This document shows positions 15,763-20,950 of a stretch of 20,950 bases of DNA, one piece after another. Numbering within the stretch: the stretch's first letter is position 1; every line of letters starts with the position of its first letter. Under the pieces are notes generated by a model. It had not been told where the DNA came from, searched no databases, and saw nothing but the letters and a program-made list of their open reading frames with translations. Position numbers and translations under genes: made by a program. Source of the DNA: a virus (lineage: Duplodnaviria > Heunggongvirae > Uroviricota > Caudoviricetes); IMG/VR virus record IMGVR_UViG_3300021426_000007, positions 64,001-84,950 of that record; one strand, written 5' to 3'.

Positions 15763-15791
15763 ATATTACCATAGGCCGTAGATCTAATCAA
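15763..15791 (-). promoter_or_regulatory. Candidate int promoter (Pint)
   Basis: TTGATT (15791-15786), 17-bp spacer, extended -10 TG-G-TAATAT (15768-15763); predicted +1 near 15756. Confidence 0.65.
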
Positions 15792-15803
15792 GTAGAAGTA
15801 TCT

Positions 15804-17777
15804 CTACTTCTGTTCCTTACGAGGGCGGGAAAAGACGTGAAGATGTCCTTTAGAAGAACGGCTTCCCGAATGTTTAATCCCGTCTATCTTTTCCAACAGT
15901 GGCTCGATACTTGATATCTTCATTCCCATTCTGATGGACGTATCTTCCTCATAGCCCAGATGAAATTCTGTAGAGAACGATTTCACGCAGCTAATAAGAT
16001 CGGACACGGTGACCTTCCAGACTACAGGATTATCCGTTGTTTCGCTCTCTATTTCGTCGAGGTAGTACTTAATTGTTTTTGTCAGAGGGCTCGTGCGATA
16101 GGCCTCTTCCTCTTTACCTTCTCGGACCTCCTGCTCCCGACCAAGCTTTTCCCATCTGTGAGACATCTCATTGAAAGTCATCACATATGTTTGCGGCTTG
16201 ACATCACGTCCTGTGATTTCAAGTTTCGCTTCCTGGTCGTCCCATTTCTTCTTGGTCATACCAAACACATAGTCAGCTGCACCTGCTGTACCATTCGTTC
16301 CGCTCACGTTTCCAATCAGATCGTTCGGATCGATAATCTTTCTAGTGTGGTGAACAAGAAGTATTGAGATGTCCCTCTTCAGCGCGAACTTCTGTATCCG
16401 TCCTGTTTCGGAATAGTCATGCTGATAAGCACCCTCGTTCCGCTTTGCCTGACCACGGATCTTCTGGAAGGTATCGATTACCACCAGCTTGATCTCCGGG
16501 TGCTGCTTAATCTGATCGTCGATGTCGTCAAACAATCCGTTGTCCAGGCCAGGCGCTTCCTCAGTATGGAAGAACAGATCGAGATCGTCGCGCTCAGCAG
16601 CCACCTGATCCATTCGTTCCTGGAGTCTTCGGTCGTTATCCTCCAGCGCGTAGTACAGGACTCCGGCCTTCTGGGTCTTCTTCCCGAAGAATTCCGTGCC
16701 CGTCGCCACAGACAGAGCGAGGTCCAATGCGAACCAGGACTTACCAAATTTAGGAGGAGCAACTACGAACCCCATACCCGGGGACACCATATCCTCTACG
16801 AGGTACACAGCGGGTTTGATATAGCGCTTCCTCAACTGTGTTCCATTCTCCAGAACACGACCGATCTTTACTTTGGTCTGCCCGATCTCACCGAGATCAC
16901 TGAAGTCGGTGTCTTCTGTCCTAGCTTCGAAGGGAATTGGATCGCCTTTCTGATGCGTACAGGCCGAACGAACGATTGTCTTTATCTCGTCATCCGGAAG
17001 GGGTTCTTCAAGACGATCGGCATTATAGACTTTAACCATCTGGAGGATTGTATCTTCCTCCATGCCCTGTGCTCTCAGGCTGCAAGCAAAAGAATACACA
17101 GCGCGGTTACGACCACCTACAGGGATCAGATCGCTGGAAGGGGAGGCCTCCGTCTTCGGTTTCTCATGCACGACCGGTACTTCATAATCATCGTCCGGTT
17201 CTACTTCTTCCAGTATAGAATCAACATCCAGCGGAGAGGAACCGCCCTGCCAGTACTGATAGTCCGCGTCCAGAGATACCGACGGCCAGAACATCAAACG
17301 CTCTGGCTGATCAGTTGTTTCGTCAAGGGTCTCCGCCCCGACATATCCGCTAACATATTTAACTAAGTAAGGATACTCTTCCGGAGTAACTGGTCTGCTT
17401 AGCAGGAACAGCCACCTCAGTCGAGGAGCATCTACCGTGCTGGTATGCGTGGTATGACAGAAGTAAATCCACGGCTCTCCGTAGCAATCAAAGTCATCTA
17501 CGTCGTGAGGAGTCGCATCGTCTGCGTCGATGGTAAGAACATAACGATTCTTCAAAAGAATCTTTGCACGTTTACCATACTCGAATTCGCCAGCTACATA
17601 GCCTCCACAGTCCTTTGCTTCTGTCCTATCCTCGTTGGACATTTTCCGGTACTCGTCCAGCGACTCATCTGTTATAACTGGCTTCTTTAGTTTTTCTACA
17701 AAATCGTCCCAAGAAATTTTGCGAACTTTCCCAATTGGATTCTTGCGGTTTTTAAATTCTGTTATTACGATATCCAC
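15804..17777 (-). CDS. Phage primase-helicase: AEP/VapE-type N-domain, PriCT-1-like domain and RepA/AAA_25-type helicase (GTG start)
   Basis: KDCGGYVAG, LTIDADD, HTTHTS...PRLR, QPERLMFWPS; GGRNRAVYSFACSL; Walker A APPKFGKS, Walker B LVVIDT, LLVHHTRK. Confidence 0.88.
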   Translation of the reverse strand: MDIVITEFKNRKNPIGKVRKISWDDFVEKLKKPVITDESLDEYRKMSNEDRTEAKDCGGYVAGEFEYGKRAKILLKNRYVLTIDADDATPHDVDDFDCYGEPWIYFCHTTHTSTVDAPRLRWLFLLSRPVTPEEYPYLVKYVSGYVGAETLDETTDQPERLMFWPSVSLDADYQYWQGGSSPLDVDSILEEVEPDDDYEVPVVHEKPKTEASPSSDLIPVGGRNRAVYSFACSLRAQGMEEDTILQMVKVYNADRLEEPLPDDEIKTIVRSACTHQKGDPIPFEARTEDTDFSDLGEIGQTKVKIGRVLENGTQLRKRYIKPAVYLVEDMVSPGMGFVVAPPKFGKSWFALDLALSVATGTEFFGKKTQKAGVLYYALEDNDRRLQERMDQVAAERDDLDLFFHTEEAPGLDNGLFDDIDDQIKQHPEIKLVVIDTFQKIRGQAKRNEGAYQHDYSETGRIQKFALKRDISILLVHHTRKIIDPNDLIGNVSGTNGTAGAADYVFGMTKKKWDDQEAKLEITGRDVKPQTYVMTFNEMSHRWEKLGREQEVREGKEEEAYRTSPLTKTIKYYLDEIESETTDNPVVWKVTVSDLISCVKSFSTEFHLGYEEDTSIRMGMKISSIEPLLEKIDGIKHSGSRSSKGHLHVFSRPRKEQK

Positions 17778-17783
17778 CGGGCG

Positions 17784-18011
17784 TCACCCCTGTCTGAAGA
17801 AGGATAAGTTATCTATAGCCTCACTGCCGTATTTTATTTTAATCCGATACGCTGCAACAAAAGGATTCCAACCGCAGTTAGCACAGTCCCGTGGAGAAGA
17901 AGGACAACCTACGCATTCGTTATACAGACAGGAAGGTTCGTAGTCATAGGGACCAACCCAATCATCCTCTATTAATAGTGTCTCCAAATATTTTTGCTCC
18001 ATCATAGCCAT
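17784..18011 (-). CDS. Small Cys-rich protein
   Basis: C..NECVGC...DCANCGWNP; operon packing. Confidence 0.7.
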   Translation of the reverse strand: MAMMEQKYLETLLIEDDWVGPYDYEPSCLYNECVGCPSSPRDCANCGWNPFVAAYRIKIKYGSEAIDNLSFFRQG

Positions 18012-18273
18012 CTATTTCCAACCATTTCTGAAGGTTCTTTAAGCCCCTCCTGTATCTGTCGCCTCTTTCCTTTGCGACGGCGAGTTGTTCTTCCAGGATG
18101 TTAATCTGCTCCTGCATGACTTCCATCCTACGGCGCAACGTAAAGTTATCACTCATGAGAATGTAGGAATTATTTAGATCAATCTTGCGCTGCTCAAGTT
18201 CTTTTCTGAGCTGCGCTATTTCTTTTTTTAACTCTACATTCTCCGCCTCATATTTCCCTAGACGCCGTCCCAT
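17962..18273 (-). CDS. Coiled-coil hypothetical protein
   Basis: Heptad-like L/E/K pattern. Confidence 0.7.
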   Translation of the reverse strand: MGRRLGKYEAENVELKKEIAQLRKELEQRKIDLNNSYILMSDNFTLRRRMEVMQEQINILEEQLAVAKERGDRYRRGLKNLQKWLEIDGYDGAKIFGDTINRG

Positions 18274-18593
18274 GAGTAGCCCCCAGGTACTTTAACAAAC
18301 TCCGGATGGACTTTACGAACCCATTGGCAAGCCATGTTTTCTGTAACCCGCGCCACCTTGGCGAGTTCCTCCTGAGACATGAATGGCTTATATGCTTTCT
18401 CCATACGATGGATAGCGGCCATGTCTATCTTCCTCGGTCGATAGCCACGAATTATGGATTTGACACCATCTAAATTCGTCCTGCATTTCGTGCATTCTTC
18501 CGGACTGCAACCACGCGGTGTACCCATAATGAGCATATAGTCGCAACTCTCTGTTTTTGGTGCGTAGTACACGCACTCATAATGTTTACACAT
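18258..18593 (-). CDS. Cys-rich N-terminus plus a possible HTH C-terminus
   Basis: CKHYECVYY...CDY...C..EECTKC; SQEELAKVARVTENMACQW is HTH-like. Confidence 0.7.
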   Translation of the reverse strand: MCKHYECVYYAPKTESCDYMLIMGTPRGCSPEECTKCRTNLDGVKSIIRGYRPRKIDMAAIHRMEKAYKPFMSQEELAKVARVTENMACQWVRKVHPEFVKVPGGYSWDGV

Positions 18594-18939
18594 ATTTTGG
18601 ATCCTCCTCTTCTTTTACGCGCCAGTACTCATCCAACAGCTCCTGCAAATACTTTGCTGCTGCACCAGGAGCGTAGGTTACAATGTCGGCAAGATAACTT
18701 CCTCTTGATATCCAGTGAGCATCCTTATCCTCCGAGTAGGCATGCACACCCGAAATAAAAGGATAGAACATAACCAAATCGGAAGGCTTCCCAATCCTGA
18801 CCGGGATGTCATGGCCGTTATATTTATAGTAGATTTGCGTTCCTAAACGCTTATAGCATTCATACGGAGTCTCGCCTGGCTTACAGGCGATCATACCAAA
18901 CCAGTCGTACAGGTCGCATTTACCGCTGAACTTACTCAT
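18586..18939 (-). CDS. Conserved phage hypothetical protein (MSKFSGKCDLYD family)
   Basis: Recognisable N-terminus; overlap coupling. Confidence 0.8.
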   Translation of the reverse strand: MSKFSGKCDLYDWFGMIACKPGETPYECYKRLGTQIYYKYNGHDIPVRIGKPSDLVMFYPFISGVHAYSEDKDAHWISRGSYLADIVTYAPGAAAKYLQELLDEYWRVKEEEDPKYV

Positions 18940-19090
18940 ACTTCTTCAACTCCTCTGCTATCACGCGCGGCACATCCTTCCTACGGATTCCGCGCCGTAC
19001 CTCTTTACCATCTATCAGTAAGCGGAACTTATCTCCAGGTTCTGGCAGAAGTTCCAGCTTACCGTAGCTCATGTAACGAGGCTCACCCAT
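18932..19090 (-). CDS. Small hypothetical protein (start uncertain, 19090 or 19072)
   Basis: GAGGT RBS before 19090; fills the operon gap. Confidence 0.6.
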   Translation of the reverse strand: MGEPRYMSYGKLELLPEPGDKFRLLIDGKEVRRGIRRKDVPRVIAEELKKYE

Positions 19091-19394
19091 CGGCAAGAAC
19101 CTCTGCCGTAGTCTCCAATGCGCTGATCTCGATCTCTCCACCGCAGGCTGCATATCCCGCGAGGTCAATCCAGTTGTCAGCTTTAGCATGGCCGGATGCG
19201 ATGCGGATGATCTTTAACAAAGCAAGCATCGCAGCAACATCTTTCGCATCCAGATATCTGCGGCCTGTTCGAGCTATATAGGCATTCCACATATTGGCAA
19301 TGGAGAGGAAGTTCATCTCCGGAGTGCCATAGTCCTGCTGCCGATCACCATTTACACACTGTAGTGCTTGGTCGAGTATCTCTTGTCTTGTCAT
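19083..19394 (-). CDS. DUF6378-like protein (putative nucleotide-metabolism associated)
   Basis: GDRQQDYGTPE.NF..IA.MW, KDVAAMLALLKI.R and DNWIDLAGYAACG motifs. Confidence 0.8.
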   Translation of the reverse strand: MTRQEILDQALQCVNGDRQQDYGTPEMNFLSIANMWNAYIARTGRRYLDAKDVAAMLALLKIIRIASGHAKADNWIDLAGYAACGGEIEISALETTAEVLADG

Positions 19395-19415
19395 TTGTTC
19401 ATTACCTCTTTCTTA

Positions 19416-19820
19416 TTATCCGTGGTTGTTATCGGTCATCGTGAAGATCGGTAGTGCCTCTGGCATGAATTCGATTTCATATTTATAAGGAGACACATCC
19501 GCGCCGCTAAGATCTTCTACTACATAGGCCGTCCAGTTATTATTACGAATGCCGCAGATCATATCCTTCTTATAGGTTCCATCTGCAAGTTTGGAGATAA
19601 TGTTCAGATCCCCGTCTCCATCATAACTAATCGAAGCCATCCCAGTGACTTGCAGAAGTACAGTGTTATCACGGAGATTCATTACCGTTACTCGCCTCAT
19701 CACGTTGAAGTTGTCAGCTTCCTTACTCACATTGTATGAGACGCGGGCGCTCTCTCTACATCCTGCTAAGCACAGGCACAGTAAAAATACGGCAACCAAA
19801 CATATTAATCTCCTTGTCAT
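19416..19820 (-). CDS. Phage lipoprotein (VSYNVSKEADNFNV.R family)
   Basis: MTRR, hydrophobic stretch and LAGC lipobox; family motif. Confidence 0.8.
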   Translation of the reverse strand: MTRRLICLVAVFLLCLCLAGCRESARVSYNVSKEADNFNVMRRVTVMNLRDNTVLLQVTGMASISYDGDGDLNIISKLADGTYKKDMICGIRNNNWTAYVVEDLSGADVSPYKYEIEFMPEALPIFTMTDNNHG

Positions 19821-20284
19821 CTATTCAGTACCTCTTCTTTATATTTTCCAGTTTCATTCACCCAGGCAGCACATGCTTCGAGGGCTTTGTTGTGATCGTA
19901 GTATAACTTCCGTTGGGAAAGTTCCTGCTTATCCCGCATGATCAGAAGGATCATATCCCAGCTCGTGCCCATGATGTATCTTCGCCAGAGTATATCCTTA
20001 TAATAAGAATCGATTTCCGCATCTTTTATAAACTGCCGAATTACATTTCGTTTCCGCTCAACGATCTCTTCCCACTTATGGAGACTGGTCTCCGCATCTC
20101 CCAGATTTGCAAGAGTCGCGTTCCGATCAGAACCTCCGCCGCTTGGCATCCCTGTGATCGCCGTTGTGGTTTTGGTAGCCGCTTCATACATCGACAGGTA
20201 TTTATTCCGCTGGTCCTCCGAAAGGGAGGAGAAGAGAAGAGCGGATTCGAGGAAGGACTTTACAGCTTCTGTATTAACTCCCAT
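19817..20284 (-). CDS. RinA/ArpU/DUF1492-like phage transcriptional regulator
   Basis: TAITGMPSGGG...ILWRRYIMG.SW..I...M..S.R..Y..H.KAL sigma-region-4-like pattern. Confidence 0.75.
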   Translation of the reverse strand: MGVNTEAVKSFLESALLFSSLSEDQRNKYLSMYEAATKTTTAITGMPSGGGSDRNATLANLGDAETSLHKWEEIVERKRNVIRQFIKDAEIDSYYKDILWRRYIMGTSWDMILLIMRDKQELSQRKLYYDHNKALEACAAWVNETGKYKEEVLNR

Positions 20285-20679
20285 AAATGGCGTTCTCCTT
20301 CTTCACTCCAGAAATGAAATGCGCGGTCATCAATAAACATATGGGCAATTACCTTGCGAGGATTCTGCCCCGTATTCTGTATAGTTTCCGGGACATTATC
20401 ATTGACCGCATCAAACTCAAGACCGTAGTCCTTGCACCACTCGACCGCCTCGTCAAGATAGTGCCCCTCTCTACTTGTCCACAGGATAAGCTTGACCCCC
20501 ATGGTGTGAGCCAGCTTCAGCAGCTCAATTAGGTTGACATTCGGCTTCCCAATATTCGGCCAAGCCCCTCCAGTAGTAAGCGTCCCGTCGAAGTCGATCG
20601 CCCAGATCTGGGTTTTCTTCTCGACTTTCTTTTCCTTTTCTTTTTCGCGCTTTTCTTTTTGTTTCTGAGCCTGAGCCAT
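20260..20679 (-). CDS. HAD-superfamily phosphohydrolase (likely start MAQAQKQ)
   Basis: Motif I AIDFDGTL, motif II LWTSR, motif III/IV RK...MFIDDRA. Confidence 0.88.
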   Translation of the reverse strand: MAQAQKQKEKREKEKEKKVEKKTQIWAIDFDGTLTTGGAWPNIGKPNVNLIELLKLAHTMGVKLILWTSREGHYLDEAVEWCKDYGLEFDAVNDNVPETIQNTGQNPRKVIAHMFIDDRAFHFWSEEGERHLWELIQKL

Positions 20680-20950
20680 CAGCTTCAATCCCTGAATTAC
20701 TGCCGGGTTCGTCGAGTTGATCACGTAATTCGGCGCTGCTGTCTTTTGCATTCTGCTCCTCCATATACTTCTTGTAGTCATTGTGGTACCAATCGAGAAC
20801 ATCTTTCTCTTTAATTGTACGGAACCAATAGAGGACTGCCATGTCTTCGGTATAGAACCTAGGGTAGTCATCCATGTACATAGCCATCGCTACCCACTCC
20901 GGACCGAAGCCGTATTCCACCGGATTATCTCCATTGTGCTTTTCGTACAG
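20525..20950 (-). CDS. Hypothetical protein, 5'-truncated by the window edge
   Basis: Frame is open from 20950 (LYEKHNGDNPVEYGFG...); the C-terminal part overlaps the HAD gene by about 155 nt. Confidence 0.6.
   Translation of the reverse strand: MYEKHNGDNPVEYGFGPEWVAMAMYMDDYPRFYTEDMAVLYWFRTIKEKDVLDWYHNDYKKYMEEQNAKDSSAELRDQLDEPGSNSGIEADGSGSETKRKARKRKGKESREENPDLGDRLRRDAYYWRGLAEYWEAECQPN

Larger units (their letters stand above)
1..20950. mobile_element. Temperate phage genome segment, probably unintegrated (attP) form
   Basis: Integrase next to a tRNA-derived att core, primase-helicase, Lar/DUF551/RinA-like genes and dense translationally coupled small ORFs; no housekeeping genes; phage genes on both sides of the att core. 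Confidence 0.92.

Noticed and set aside
15960-17690. Plus-strand ORFs 15960-16367, 16419-17366 and 17445-17690
   Set aside because: Antisense to the primase-helicase with no recognisable motifs
1-20950. Stop-codon recoding (alternative genetic code)
   Set aside because: Standard code gives full coding density and TAA, TAG and TGA all end tightly packed genes

Overview
The whole window looks like a temperate phage genome of a Bacillota (Clostridia-like) host, with no host genes. A 5'-truncated large virion/ejection-type protein (+, 1-3582) converges at a bidirectional terminator with a leftward early region. From right to left that region holds a HAD hydrolase, a RinA/ArpU-like regulator, a lipoprotein, a DUF6378-like gene, a primase-helicase, a tyrosine integrase and an attP whose core is the 3' half of tRNA-Trp. 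A second tyrosine recombinase with its own promoter follows, then about 30 small accessory genes (Lar-like, DUF551, Zn-ribbon, NUMOD4, ThyX-like). Phage genes lie on both sides of the att core, so this is probably the unintegrated (attP) form. The strongest unexplained signals are: (1) a perfect 27-bp inverted repeat bracketing exactly attP+int, with the int promoter just outside it (candidate inversion switch or RNA retroregulation); (2) a 170-nt tRNA-shaped ncRNA whose anticodon loop is replaced by a ~97-nt structured insert; (3) a 48/49-bp direct repeat and gene-junction microhomologies that suggest accordion-like shuffling of accessory modules. All family assignments are from motif recognition by eye; no searches were run.
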